Positions 38,033 through 48,562 of a stretch of DNA of 64,000 nucleotides are shown piece after piece. Origin of the DNA: a virus; IMG/VR virus record IMGVR_UViG_3300046782_000218, positions 1-64,000 of that record, one strand, 5' to 3'. The notes beneath the pieces were generated by a model. That model saw only the letters and a program-made list of their open reading frames with translations, had not been told where the DNA came from and searched no databases. Position numbers and translations under genes: made by a program. Position 1 is the stretch's first letter; each line of letters starts with the position of its first letter.

Positions 38033-39064
38033 TTACTTTCCTTTCGCTGCTCGCCAAGCGGAGAACGCCGCGATGAGGTCGACGTCCGGGTCTCCCGTGG
38101 GGGTCGGAGATGGGGGGACAGGGGCCGTGATCAGGTTGGGAACCGTTACGTCACCCTGTTGTGACAACAGCCAGGTGAGTTCGTCTGTGGTGACGTAACC
38201 CCAGCCGTCGAGGCCCCAATCGGTGTCCCACGAGTTCGGGAACCAGTACCGCCCGGTTTCCAGCTCGAACCTCGGCAGCTCCAGCTCGTGGCCGCCAGCC
38301 TCTCCCGAGTTCTTGTCCACCTTGATGTGACCGTCCGAGTCGGTGTTAAACATGGAGTTCATCCACACCGTGCCGACGATGACAGGGCCCTTCTGGAGAG
38401 CCGAGTTGACTGCTGCCAGGCTGAACGCGTGTGTGTATTTGTCGGCCAGGCCGAGGGCGACCAGCGCTTTCGCAACTCCCAGGCCGGATGAGCCGGTGTC
38501 GGTGGGCGGATACTGACCGGAGAACGAGTCGAGGATCGTGGCCAGTGAGTAGAGCTTCACCGCGAAGTCTTCGTTGAGCTGATGAACACCGGCCGCAAAC
38601 ACGCCGTGTGAAGCTGCAGCACCCGCAGCGCTGACGGTGACCGAGGTTGTAGCTGTGCGATTGGCGAAATCGGTGCCTAGCAGTCCCGTTGCCGCGTTGC
38701 CGGTGCACGACCCGAGGTTGCCCTGATTCAGGATCGGTATGCGCCTGGTCCAGTTGACCGAGCTGACAGCACCTTTCGGCAACACCGGTTCTGCGAAGGC
38801 CACCGACCGAGAGTCGTGGTTGATGTGTCGGCCAAGCCGCAGCGTGGCGTAATTGGCTTCGGGCAACCGGCGGTGGTTCGGGGTGTTCGTCTCTTCCACG
38901 GGCGGAGTCTCCTCGTTGCTGTTCTGTTCTTTGATCAGGTGGTGCAGTCGGCCAATATGCCGCCGCATCAACCAGTGGTGCAGCCCGACCAGGGGCACCC
39001 AGAGTAGGTTAGCTTCCAGGTTTGGCCAGACTTGACCCCAACTAGCTAGCGCCGACGACATCAT
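38033..39064 (-). CDS. Papain-like (C1) cysteine protease; probable internal start at 38899
   Basis: [27 protein letters not shown]; GAGGAG before GTG at 38899. Confidence 0.85.
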   Translation of the reverse strand: MMSSALASWGQVWPNLEANLLWVPLVGLHHWLMRRHIGRLHHLIKEQNSNEETPPVEETNTPNHRRLPEANYATLRLGRHINHDSRSVAFAEPVLPKGAVSSVNWTRRIPILNQGNLGSCTGNAATGLLGTDFANRTATTSVTVSAAGAAASHGVFAAGVHQLNEDFAVKLYSLATILDSFSGQYPPTDTGSSGLGVAKALVALGLADKYTHAFSLAAVNSALQKGPVIVGTVWMNSMFNTDSDGHIKVDKNSGEAGGHELELPRFELETGRYWFPNSWDTDWGLDGWGYVTTDELTWLLSQQGDVTVPNLITAPVPPSPTPTGDPDVDLIAAFSAWRAAKGK

Positions 39065-39073
39065 CCCCTACTT

Positions 39074-39421
39074 TCACATTTTCTTGAGCTGGAGTATCGC
39101 CAGTACGACTAGCAGAACTGTCAGCAAAGTGGGAATGGACCACCTGCGCCACTCCGTGGTTTTAGACGCTACCTTGTCTTCTACCTCTTCGGCCTTGACA
39201 ATCCCGTCGATTCGGGTGCGTTCGTGATGCAGCCGAGCGTCCAGGTCACGGACATCTCGTTGGAGTTGGCTGGTGATGCTCAAGACCTCTTCGCGGTCAG
39301 CTTTAGCCGTGAGCTTGATATCCAGCCGGTCGATAGACGACTTGATTTCCCCCAACAGTTCCTTAACACTGTAACTGACTACACTGCTGCTGTCCCGATC
39401 TTCGTCGTGCGGCTGGGGCAT
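39074..39421 (-). CDS. Coiled-coil protein with C-terminal membrane anchor (holin-like, lysis block)
   Basis: C-terminal hydrophobic helix; GGAGG RBS; position before lysis genes. Confidence 0.55.
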   Translation of the reverse strand: MPQPHDEDRDSSSVVSYSVKELLGEIKSSIDRLDIKLTAKADREEVLSITSQLQRDVRDLDARLHHERTRIDGIVKAEEVEDKVASKTTEWRRWSIPTLLTVLLVVLAILQLKKM

Positions 39422-39503
39422 CCTATTGCCTCCACCCCCTTCTAGCGTAGTGCATATCATTGACTAACCTCACCCCCCCTGGGGCGAGAGCTGGAGGTCG
39501 GGC

Positions 39504-41822
39504 CTACAGGATGACGACTCCGTTGGCCTGAGCAGTAACGGAGTCGTAAGTTATCTGGGACACCGTGGCGAACGGCTTCACTGTCTCCGGAGACAGTTGC
39601 ATCACTACGTCGGAGAAGAACACCGTGTTGCCAGCGGCAGGAGTTGCGATCTCGGTGGGCGCCAAGGTGGCCGACGCTGCCGTCAGAGGGGCCTGATACA
39701 GCTTGGCCACGTTGGTCCAGGTGGCAGCCGTTAGAGACACGATGGAGCTGCTGGTACTGATGAACCCGCCAGCGCTGTTGTACCAGTTTACCGACAGCGA
39801 GAAGTTGGCGTAGCCGCCGGGGGAGTAGAACCACCCATTGGGGGCTATCCAACGCTCGGTACCCAAGGCTGCGTTGCTGCTGCCGATTGGGATCTTCTCC
39901 GACTCCGCGTAGGCGATGCTGAAACCGCCCGTGGGGGTCAGCAGACCGGAGAACGGGAACCCACCGTGAGTCTGTGCCGCCGACTGCACGAAAGTGCCAT
40001 TGTGGGCCGTCCACGAGGTAACGCCGCTGGTGAACGTGGGGTTTACGTTCAGCGCGTCGTTGGGCTGGGTGGTTGCTTCCAAGTACCCGATCGGCCGACG
40101 CAACTCGTCATACACGGTGGTGGTTACTCGGGCGGCCCGGTTGGAGGTGTACGCCGATCCGGTGTTGCTGGGGTCTTCCCAGGTGTGGTGCACCGAGTTG
40201 CTGACCGAGGTGTCGTATACCGACATCGGCATCGAGTTGCCCGCCGAGTAGGTGGACCAAGAGTTGGCGTTCCTCAGGCTGGACCGGGCATCGGTAGGCA
40301 AGCCAGCCGCGTTGATGCCGTAGGAAAGGTAACTAGACGCGCTTTCCGACTTGTTCTGTTGCAGCACCACGTGGTACGTTCCGCCGTTGGTCAGCCCTGT
40401 GGCGTAAAGTGGCACCGAGATCATCGGCACCGGGGTTAGCGTGGTGGCCTCGTAGTACTGATTTACAGGGTACAACCCGATCATGTCATACGAGCCGTCA
40501 CCGTTGCTGAACGCGCCCACCTGTGCATTGGTGGTGTGAGGCCAGGTTGTGGACACCCAGCCGTCAGCAGGTCCCGCCACGTCGTCGAACGTCAGCACGT
40601 TCACGTTGTTTGCCGGTAGCACCGGGTTTCCCACCAGCACCATGGCGCGGTCCGTGGTGGCCAGGTTCCATCCGTTTTGAGCGTCAGTGTACGCGGAAGG
40701 AAGAGAAGGAGCGGTCTGCCACCCGCCAAGCGACCCATCAGGGTATATCCTGGAATAGTACGTGGACGACAACCTCGCTCCGCCGTTGATGAACCCGCCC
40801 GCTACCACCAGCCAGGTGCCTATAACTTCGGCGAAGCACAGGTCAGTGCCCTGGAGCAGCGGCGCACAGGTCACCCAAGGCCCTATCTGGCCGTTGGTTA
40901 TAGTGGCGGAATAGACCGTGTCCACCTGGGCGTTGGCCGCGTTGGACCCCCCGATTACGTACACGAAACTGTCGTTCCAGGTAACCATTTCTGCGGGAAC
41001 GAGCGCCACCGGTAGCGGGGTTTGAGCGCTCCATGACCCCATTGCTCCGGTGGTAGGGTCCCAGCTAGCCACGTACACATTCTTGGTTGCTGAGGCCAGC
41101 GTGGTCCCGGTAGTGCCCCCCGCTGTCAGCACCAGACTGGAGGTGGTAGTGGACGCGGGCTGTGATATCCCTATGGGGAGGCTGGGCTGCGGTATCGGGA
41201 GATCAACCGATCCAGTGCCGGTGTGCTTGGTGGAGGTTACAACGCTTGCCGCAGCGCTGGTGCTCGGGTCTGCACCGCCCGCACTAACTATGAAGTTCCC
41301 CGAGGTGGTGGCAGCAGAGTCTATCGAGTTGCCCCCGCTGGTCGAGTTGGCGGACACCCAAGGCTTCTGTGTTATTCCCCCCGTCGTGTACATCGTGTTG
41401 GACTTGGAGGTGGCCAGCGGGGCGCCATCGGTTATTCCGTCCGGCGCGGCCAGCGCGTTTATCCACTCCTTGGGGATCATCGTGGACGACAGTACGTTGG
41501 TGATGTCCGGGTTGCCGCCGGAGTCTGGGTACAACGTTACCAGAAGGTCGGCGCCGTCACCCACTGGCAGGAGTGGCAGGGTAACCCGCCCAACCGAGGT
41601 TCCACTTAGGACGAACGGCTGGTCGAAGTCGGAGGTGTTCCCCAGATTTATCCACGAGAAACCGCCAGCGGAGCCGTTGGGGGTGAGCACCTGGGTGCCC
41701 TGGTAGATCGGGTACGCAACGTGAGTGCCCAGCTCTTGGTCGACCTGGTTGGCCCGGTTGGTGGCGGTGAGGTCGCCCGGTAGGCCGTTTTTGGCTGCCT
41801 GCCAAGACGGGGTAGTGTTCAC
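39504..41822 (-). CDS. Minor tail / receptor-binding protein with Kelch-like propeller and carbohydrate-binding-like domain
   Basis: Repeated YVIGG/VAGG..W...LP units; NPTF.SG..SW..W.N.G.FIS CBM-like C-terminus; N-terminal P.WQAA shared with 42317-43069. Confidence 0.7.
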   Translation of the reverse strand: MNTTPSWQAAKNGLPGDLTATNRANQVDQELGTHVAYPIYQGTQVLTPNGSAGGFSWINLGNTSDFDQPFVLSGTSVGRVTLPLLPVGDGADLLVTLYPDSGGNPDITNVLSSTMIPKEWINALAAPDGITDGAPLATSKSNTMYTTGGITQKPWVSANSTSGGNSIDSAATTSGNFIVSAGGADPSTSAAASVVTSTKHTGTGSVDLPIPQPSLPIGISQPASTTTSSLVLTAGGTTGTTLASATKNVYVASWDPTTGAMGSWSAQTPLPVALVPAEMVTWNDSFVYVIGGSNAANAQVDTVYSATITNGQIGPWVTCAPLLQGTDLCFAEVIGTWLVVAGGFINGGARLSSTYYSRIYPDGSLGGWQTAPSLPSAYTDAQNGWNLATTDRAMVLVGNPVLPANNVNVLTFDDVAGPADGWVSTTWPHTTNAQVGAFSNGDGSYDMIGLYPVNQYYEATTLTPVPMISVPLYATGLTNGGTYHVVLQQNKSESASSYLSYGINAAGLPTDARSSLRNANSWSTYSAGNSMPMSVYDTSVSNSVHHTWEDPSNTGSAYTSNRAARVTTTVYDELRRPIGYLEATTQPNDALNVNPTFTSGVTSWTAHNGTFVQSAAQTHGGFPFSGLLTPTGGFSIAYAESEKIPIGSSNAALGTERWIAPNGWFYSPGGYANFSLSVNWYNSAGGFISTSSSIVSLTAATWTNVAKLYQAPLTAASATLAPTEIATPAAGNTVFFSDVVMQLSPETVKPFATVSQITYDSVTAQANGVVIL

Positions 41823-42301
41823 GAGGTCGCCAAACTGACCAGCACCAGGCCAAACCGGAAGGTGGTGATGGTGATGGTTCCGCCCGAGTTCTGGTTTGCA
41901 TACACCTCGATGTAGTCTCCGGCTTGAAGAACTTCAAGGCCGGAGCACACGGCAGCCACGTTACCCACGCTTCCTGCTACGGTGTTAAACTTGGTGTTCG
42001 TGATGGTCACGCCGTTTACCTCAATCTGGGCGCGGCCCAGATTGGTCGCCCCCAGAGCGCCTGGCCACACCATAGTGCCGGAAACCTGATAGGTGCCGCC
42101 CACTATCGCTGTTACCCTGGATGGGTTGGTACCAGAGGACCAGGTTATGTTGCCGCTTTTGGACAGTTGGGTAGTCAGAGGCAACGCGAAGTACGTGGAC
42201 GCGTTAGACGCCAGAGAAGGAGCACCCGACAGGTTTACCATGGGGGGGTTGCGCAACGCGGCTATCTGCGCCGCGTTCAGCACTTCAAGTGTGGTGGCCA
42301 T
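41819..42301 (-). CDS. Minor tail protein, C1q/TNF-like beta domain
   Basis: GGTYQVSG..L.AGDYIEVYANQNSG. Confidence 0.6.
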   Translation of the reverse strand: MATTLEVLNAAQIAALRNPPMVNLSGAPSLASNASTYFALPLTTQLSKSGNITWSSGTNPSRVTAIVGGTYQVSGTMVWPGALGATNLGRAQIEVNGVTITNTKFNTVAGSVGNVAAVCSGLEVLQAGDYIEVYANQNSGGTITITTFRFGLVLVSLATS

Positions 42302-42316
42302 GCTGTTCCCTCCCGG

Positions 42317-43069
42317 TCAGGCTATCGACGCCAGCATACCGCTGCTGTACGTGTAGGTTCTGAGAGACTGCAGGTACCCGGTGGCCGTCTGACCGGCAGT
42401 GTACTCGGCGTACGTGGATATCTGCTGGGTTGCGTTGTACGTGGTGGCTGTCCAGCGAGCGCCGGAGTCGTCCCAGGTGCTGGTGAGCAGCCCGGTAGCC
42501 GACTGGTCGAAGACTCGGTACTGGAACCCGTAGGCTTGAGCGGCCCAGGTGGTTCCGTTGGCAGAAGTAGACGCGCCGGACGCCTGGTTGGATCGGTACC
42601 AGTTGTAATGGTCCGTTCCGTTTCCGGCCGCCGGAGTGACCAACCAGTACGTAGTGGACGCCGTCAACCCGCTGACCGGAAGCGGGTAGATGATCGGAGT
42701 GTTCAGGACAGCCGTGGTGGCGTACTCTAGTGTGATGGTGACACTAGCCAATGGGGCTCCGGTGGGAGCGCCGCCGGAGTTTGCGTACAGCCGCAGCGTG
42801 GTAGGGGCCAGGTTGGCAGCCGTAACCGATGCTGTTCTCACCGGCACGATCACGTAGCCGATTTGCGTCTGACCTACCGCTGTAGTGAATGATTCGGCCA
42901 ACCAGGTGCCGCTGGTGTTGGTGGAGGTGGCGCCAGCGGTGGCCTGGGCTGCGGTCTGGGTGGCCGCGTACAAGACCGTGGACGCGTGGCCGCCAAGCAA
43001 CTGGTTGACGTGACCGGCTAGCGGGGGCTGCCCGCTGGTGGCGGCTTGCCAGGTAGGTACGATCGGCAC
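42317..43069 (-). CDS. Minor tail protein
   Basis: Thr/Ala-rich beta protein; LYANSGGAP and GLT..TTYWLV similar to 39504-41822. Confidence 0.6.
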   Translation of the reverse strand: MPIVPTWQAATSGQPPLAGHVNQLLGGHASTVLYAATQTAAQATAGATSTNTSGTWLAESFTTAVGQTQIGYVIVPVRTASVTAANLAPTTLRLYANSGGAPTGAPLASVTITLEYATTAVLNTPIIYPLPVSGLTASTTYWLVTPAAGNGTDHYNWYRSNQASGASTSANGTTWAAQAYGFQYRVFDQSATGLLTSTWDDSGARWTATTYNATQQISTYAEYTAGQTATGYLQSLRTYTYSSGMLASIA

Positions 43070-43070
43070 G

Positions 43071-43628
43071 TCACACTCCCGATATACTGAACGTAGCCTG
43101 CAGAATCAGGGTGTCCGACGTGGGCACGCTGACCGTAGGCGAGAAGGCCCAGTGGTCCAGCAACACGCCAGCGGTGATTACCGAGGTGTCATCGGAGCTT
43201 CCGTTGGCGAACACTCCGGCCTCCGTTACCGTCCAGGTGGACACAGGGGACGGGAAGTAGAACAGCCAGGTGACCTCAGACCCGAGGGTGGACGTTGCCG
43301 GGGACGACGCTCCGGCGCCTACCGGCTGCCTGCCCAGCTCACTGAACAGCAGCGTGTCGGAGGCAGCTACAGTTCCGGCTCCGGAACCTACCGCGCCCCA
43401 CAGCGGGGTTAGGTAGGTGGGCTGGGTAACACCCTGGCTGGCTGCCACGTCCTGGATTCCCGACCACACCAGGGCTGAGGCCAGCACTGTCAGGCCCGCA
43501 GTGCACATGATGTTGTTGCCTTCTCGACGGTCCCGGATCGATCCGTCTGGCTTCACCACCGTGACCGACAGCCTGCCGTGAATCCCTATCAGCCCCGACG
43601 CTTTTATCCCCACGTGAGAGCCCCCCAC
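43071..43628 (-). CDS. Minor tail protein
   Basis: N....G...GSG....DT.L.SELGR, TVTEAGVF pattern of tail fibre-base proteins. Confidence 0.6.
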   Translation of the reverse strand: MGGSHVGIKASGLIGIHGRLSVTVVKPDGSIRDRREGNNIMCTAGLTVLASALVWSGIQDVAASQGVTQPTYLTPLWGAVGSGAGTVAASDTLLFSELGRQPVGAGASSPATSTLGSEVTWLFYFPSPVSTWTVTEAGVFANGSSDDTSVITAGVLLDHWAFSPTVSVPTSDTLILQATFSISGV

Positions 43629-43831
43629 ACTCCGGCGTCGTACACCGAGTTTAGTTGCACGGTTGTAGCCATCGAATCGGCCATTGACGCGGTTTCGTCC
43701 GTTTCGGCGAAAACTCCCAGCCCGTTTACGATGGCGTCACTGCCGATGTTGGCTGTGGATTGGTCGTTTAGAGTGCCCAGCACATCGACCAGGGTATAGG
43801 GCCGGAATACTCCGGGCACTGTGTACTCCCA

Positions 43832-45241
43832 TCAACTAAACAGCCTGATTCCCTTGAGGCTGGCCTGCCGGTACCCGCCTGCCCCGAAGTTAATCGAGTT
43901 ACTGATCACCAGGAAGGTATCATTGATGCCAGGCAAGTAGCTGTTGGTGGAATCAGGTATGAACTGGTTCACGACTTGACACGCTTCACCCGCTCGCACC
44001 CAACCGGCCCACGACTCGTCGGTGGTCCACGTCAGTCGCTCAGCCGGGAATGAGTATTCCTGTCGTTCTCGTTGGGCCCGGCTGAGTGCCATCGGCACCG
44101 TAGTTAGGCTTGTGTCGTTTATGTACTCGCCAAAAACGCCGTTGTTAGGCCCAGTGTACTTAGCCTGCGACGAGAAGTCATTAACCTGGGCCACCACCGG
44201 CACCTGGTAGTCGTACCAGAGCCGAATCACCACGCCCTGCGCGGGTGTCAGGGTGGTGCTGGTGAGGAACCATCCTCCGACGCTGTTCTGAGTTATCTGC
44301 CACTTGCTAGAACTTGGTGCGCTACCTGCGCTGACCAAATCCACGGGGGTCTTAGTCCCGTTCACTGTCAGCGCGGGGGACCCACTAACCGTGTACCGGA
44401 GAGGCCACGACTGCTGAGCCCCGTTACCCTGCCAAGTGTCGGTTGGTGGGTTTTTGGTGCTACCAAAAGACACGGTCTGGGTGGCTCCCTGTACCAAGAT
44501 CCGGTTGTACAACGAGGTGCCGTCCCACTCGTAGCCAAAACTTCCGTCTAGCATAAAGTGGCCTTGCGTGGCTGACCCACCCGTGCCGGTGGGCGCGGTG
44601 GTGAAAGTAACTCCGGAACTTTGCGCCGATTGAACGTCGAAGAAGTGTAGCGCCAGGTTTTCGTCTACGTACCAACCGTACGGGATGGCCTGTCCGGCCA
44701 ACTGAGCTAGCTTGCGCCACGCACCCGACAGGCTGGTGTAGTTCAGCACGAAGCTGGCCAACTGCGGCCCGGGACTGACGAATCCACCGTTGGCCACGGT
44801 GTCGGCTGTGATGCCGCAACCGGCCTGCTGAGTCAAGGCTATAACTATTTGGTCCACGGTCTTGCCATAGAACACGCCGTGTACGATGCTTTTGTCAGCG
44901 TAGAACGTGAAGTCGGTACACTGCAACGACCACTCGTTGCGGGTGGGGGCGGTTACGGAAAACTGAGGGTTATTACACACCCCAGCGAATAGGGTGGTGG
45001 AGATGCTGTTGTCCACCAGCTTTACCACTGACAGAGCCGGTATGTTTACCGTTGGGCTGCCGGTGCCGTAGTCGTCGACCAGCGGCATTGTCGCCGTGTC
45101 GCCCTGTCTTCCGAAGTTTTGCGTGATGATTGGTGTCTGGGCGGTTCCCGACCAAGCCAGTTTGCTGGTGTAGTTGGTCGGGGAACCGCCCGGCGGCGTG
45201 ACGGTGAAAGTCAGGTTAGGTGAAGCTACCGGACCAGGCAT
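43832..45241 (-). CDS. Tail hub / baseplate protein
   Basis: Directly follows the tape measure; WYVDENLALHFF, YNRILVQG. Confidence 0.65.
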   Translation of the reverse strand: MPGPVASPNLTFTVTPPGGSPTNYTSKLAWSGTAQTPIITQNFGRQGDTATMPLVDDYGTGSPTVNIPALSVVKLVDNSISTTLFAGVCNNPQFSVTAPTRNEWSLQCTDFTFYADKSIVHGVFYGKTVDQIVIALTQQAGCGITADTVANGGFVSPGPQLASFVLNYTSLSGAWRKLAQLAGQAIPYGWYVDENLALHFFDVQSAQSSGVTFTTAPTGTGGSATQGHFMLDGSFGYEWDGTSLYNRILVQGATQTVSFGSTKNPPTDTWQGNGAQQSWPLRYTVSGSPALTVNGTKTPVDLVSAGSAPSSSKWQITQNSVGGWFLTSTTLTPAQGVVIRLWYDYQVPVVAQVNDFSSQAKYTGPNNGVFGEYINDTSLTTVPMALSRAQRERQEYSFPAERLTWTTDESWAGWVRAGEACQVVNQFIPDSTNSYLPGINDTFLVISNSINFGAGGYRQASLKGIRLFS

Positions 45242-45244
45242 CCG

Positions 45245-47959
45245 TCACATCCTAATGTGTGTTCCGCCAGCGGGCAAGGTGCGCGTAGCCAGCCGGTTAC
45301 CGATCTTGTTGACCAGGGCGTCCATGTCCCTGTCGGACATAACCTGAGATCCGCGAAGGTCAAGGTAAGTTACGTTTCCGCCACCTCCTGCTCCGCCGGA
45401 CAGAGCGGCCAGCGACGTGCCGGACATCCGGATGCTAGACCCAGACGCTTGTCCGGCTATAGCGTTGGTGACGTGGTGCATGGCCTGAGTGGCCAACGGG
45501 GCGTTGTCCATCATGCCTTTAGTAAGCATCTTGATGATTGTTCGGCCGCTCAGCTCGGGGCTGCCGCTACCGGAAAGCGGGCCTTCCTTGACTGGCGAGT
45601 GGGGCAGGTGGTTCCAAATGGTGCTAGCCACATTGCTGATGATGTCCTTCACCCCGCCGATCATAGACTTCATCCCGCCGATCAGGCCCTTGATGACGTT
45701 CTGGCCAGCGTCCCACAGCAGCGTACCGAACCCGGATGCGGCGTCCTTGATGGCGGTTACGGCGTTGCTCATGGCGTCGCTGGCCAGCTTCTTGAGGTCC
45801 TTCCAAGCCTTACCCCAGTGGCCGGTGATGACGTCCAGAACGACGGTGATGAAATCGCGGATGTAGTCCACCCAGAACTTAATCACGTTGCCGATGTTGG
45901 TCCAGATCATTTTGGTGGCGTCGCGGATGAAGTCCCACGTGGTTATGAAAGCCCGCTTCCAGATGGTCAGCATTGGCTTAAGCACCACGTTCCACCAGAC
46001 GGTAACTATCACCTTGCAATAGTCCCATAGTGCGTGCCAAACCTGCTTGACCTCGGACGCATTGGTCTTCCACCAGCTCTTGAACCCGTTCATGACGGAC
46101 CGCAGTTTGCCCATCACGTCGGTGGAGAACCACTGCACCACTGCGCCAACAGCTTGCCAAGCGCCCACGAACACGGTCTTCATGAACGTGCCGATATCGG
46201 CCAGGATGGTGCGGAAGGTGCTGAAATGTGTGTAGCAGTAGTACACGCCGAGGGCCAGGGCAGCGATGGCCAGGACTATCAGGCCCACCTCGCTGAACAG
46301 CACCGTGACCACGGCCGTGATGGCAGATATGGCCAAGGTGAGCACACCCAACGCTATCGCGCCGATCAGGATGTACCTGGTCAACGTCTGGTGCTTGGCG
46401 ATCCACTGTGTTAGCGGCACCAGCATTTTGGCCACCTCGCCGATGATCCGGGTAACCACCGGCAGCATCACGGTGCCCAGTTCCACACCTGCGTTGTGAA
46501 TGGCAGCCTTGGCCTGGTCCACCTTGAACCCCATGGTCTCCTGGATCTCTCCGAAGCCCTTGACGTCCTGGCCCGCCTTAGTGGTGGTGCCCGCCATCTG
46601 GTTGATGATGTCCTGAGTGGCGGCGAAGTTCTCACCCGTGGTTCCAAGTGCTGCGTTGGCACCCGCTGCGGTGCCGACCAGGTTCTTTAGTGCCGCCGCA
46701 AACTCGGGAGTGCCTTCCTTGCCCGCCTTGGTAGCTAGGGTGGACAGGTACTGCATCGCGTCGCTAAGGCCGTTAGGCCCGTGCAGCTTCTCCCGCAGTG
46801 TCTTGGTCGACCCACCGAACTGGTCTAGCGCCTTCTTCATGGTGTTGGTGGGGTTCAGCAGGGAACGCAGCGCCTGGGCCAAGTTCATGGCCGCTCGGCG
46901 CGCGGTGAAGCCGTGGTTGGTCATTTCGGCCAGGGTAGCGCCTGCGTCGTTGAAGCTGATGCCTGCAGCGCTGGCCGCCGGGATGATGCTAGCGAATGCG
47001 CCGGAGAATTCCTCCAGGTTGGTCTTACCGTGCGAGATGGCCACAACCATCTTGGAGGTGACGTCAGCCGCCGCACCCGCCTTGAGGTGGTAGTCAACCA
47101 GGACGTCGGTCAGTGCCTTGGACACGGTAGTGACGTCGGCACCCTCGGCCTTGGCGCCTTGAGATGCGGCCTTGAGGACCTCCAGGCCCTGTGCGGCGTG
47201 GTACCCGGCGGCCTCGACGTAATACATCGCCTTGGCTTCCTCGTTGGACGAGGTGGCCGTCTCGTTGGAGATGTCCAGCATGCCCTTGCGGACCAGCCCC
47301 AGCTTGCTCATCTGCTCGCCAGCGGAGGTCACCAAGCGGGTGGTGAGAGTCTGGTACTCGGTGGCGGCCTTGATCGACTCGTAGGTGATGGCAGCAGCTC
47401 CGGCAGCGACGAACAAGCTGCCCTTGTGTGCTGCAGACGCTGCCGCAACCATCCCGCGTTGTGCGCTGGCCAGCCGGGTAGAAGACGCTGCGGCGGCGTC
47501 GGTCCGGCCGGTGGCGGCGGTAACTGCAGCGGCCTGGCTGGTCTCAGCGTCTCGCAGCCCTCGGGCCGCTGCAGCGGCTTCCCGCTGAGCCACGTTGAAC
47601 CGGTTTATGGCAGCTACTTGGGCATTGAGTACCTCGGCGTCGGTTTGGCCGGACGCTGCCACCTGACGCTGAATGTTGATTAGCTGTAGTTCAGCCTCAG
47701 CTTGAGCCCGAGTGGCCGCCTCCAGTTTGGTTCTGGAAGCAGACACTCGGGCGTTGGCCACGTCGAGAGCGTCAGCGCCGGAGGCAGTCCGCAGCATGCT
47801 CTCGTCGATGATGGTTCCCGCTTCGGCCGCCGTGTCAGCGGTGGCTCTGGCGGTACCAGCGAAGTGCTGGAAGGACTCGTCTACCCGGCTCATTATCTCG
47901 GAGGCCCTGTCGCGGGCTTCCAGTACCGCCAGGATGGTGAATTCCTCAACCCCGGGCAT
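45245..47959 (-). CDS. Tape measure protein
   Basis: 904 aa, Ala-rich helical, TP901-like core, TM segment, Trp-periodic repeats, LPHSPVKEGPLSG. Confidence 0.92.
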   Translation of the reverse strand: MPGVEEFTILAVLEARDRASEIMSRVDESFQHFAGTARATADTAAEAGTIIDESMLRTASGADALDVANARVSASRTKLEAATRAQAEAELQLINIQRQVAASGQTDAEVLNAQVAAINRFNVAQREAAAAARGLRDAETSQAAAVTAATGRTDAAAASSTRLASAQRGMVAAASAAHKGSLFVAAGAAAITYESIKAATEYQTLTTRLVTSAGEQMSKLGLVRKGMLDISNETATSSNEEAKAMYYVEAAGYHAAQGLEVLKAASQGAKAEGADVTTVSKALTDVLVDYHLKAGAAADVTSKMVVAISHGKTNLEEFSGAFASIIPAASAAGISFNDAGATLAEMTNHGFTARRAAMNLAQALRSLLNPTNTMKKALDQFGGSTKTLREKLHGPNGLSDAMQYLSTLATKAGKEGTPEFAAALKNLVGTAAGANAALGTTGENFAATQDIINQMAGTTTKAGQDVKGFGEIQETMGFKVDQAKAAIHNAGVELGTVMLPVVTRIIGEVAKMLVPLTQWIAKHQTLTRYILIGAIALGVLTLAISAITAVVTVLFSEVGLIVLAIAALALGVYYCYTHFSTFRTILADIGTFMKTVFVGAWQAVGAVVQWFSTDVMGKLRSVMNGFKSWWKTNASEVKQVWHALWDYCKVIVTVWWNVVLKPMLTIWKRAFITTWDFIRDATKMIWTNIGNVIKFWVDYIRDFITVVLDVITGHWGKAWKDLKKLASDAMSNAVTAIKDAASGFGTLLWDAGQNVIKGLIGGMKSMIGGVKDIISNVASTIWNHLPHSPVKEGPLSGSGSPELSGRTIIKMLTKGMMDNAPLATQAMHHVTNAIAGQASGSSIRMSGTSLAALSGGAGGGGNVTYLDLRGSQVMSDRDMDALVNKIGNRLATRTLPAGGTHIRM

Positions 47960-48182
47960 GTCCGGCTCCCTTGGGCTGCCTAGCCGCCTGCGCGGTTTCT
48001 TCCCTGGCGATCATTTCGATGTAAGTCAGATAATCCTCCACCTCTCGCCAGGGCCGTTTCAGCAGGTCGTCACGTCGTAGGCCGAGCTGCTTCCACAGTT
48101 CCCGTTCGAGCAAGAACGTGCCCAGCGATGACGGTGTGCCTTCCACCGTCGTTCCCATCCTGATGGTCGCCGACACCGCCAT
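47946..48182 (-). CDS. Tail assembly chaperone, downstream (T-like) frame
   Basis: Overlaps 48070-48549 in the +1 frame and abuts the tape measure start. Confidence 0.6.
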   Translation of the reverse strand: MAVSATIRMGTTVEGTPSSLGTFLLERELWKQLGLRRDDLLKRPWREVEDYLTYIEMIAREETAQAARQPKGAGHARG

Positions 48183-48549
48183 CAGGAAACTGACGCTTTT
48201 CCGGACCCGTGGCCGGTTTGTTGCTGTCGTTGATGATGGTGAACAGTCGGTCGAACTCGATGCCGGGCATGCGCTTGACGTTGGCCATCGTCACGTCCCA
48301 GACGGTGCCGTCTTCCTCGTCCAGGTTCCAGGCGATGATGGACGCCAACACCATCTCCTGACGGAACGTGGTGGTGTCCATTTCGATCTGGACACCTCGG
48401 TCGCCGTCCACGTGGCCGCTGGTCAGGGCCCTTTCCGCTTGTTCCTTGTCCCCCTGGGACAGTACCTCTCGGATCTCTACCCAGTACCCAGAACCCTCGG
48501 AGCCGATCGGAACCCTGCGGGTGCCGGAGTAGGCGGAAAGGAATCCCAT
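48070..48549 (-). CDS. Tail assembly chaperone (G-like)
   Basis: Between tail tube and tape measure; SIIAWNLDEEDG. Confidence 0.75.
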   Translation of the reverse strand: MGFLSAYSGTRRVPIGSEGSGYWVEIREVLSQGDKEQAERALTSGHVDGDRGVQIEMDTTTFRQEMVLASIIAWNLDEEDGTVWDVTMANVKRMPGIEFDRLFTIINDSNKPATGPEKRQFPDGGVGDHQDGNDGGRHTVIAGHVLARTGTVEAARPTT

Positions 48550-48562
48550 CGCAGCCTTCTTT

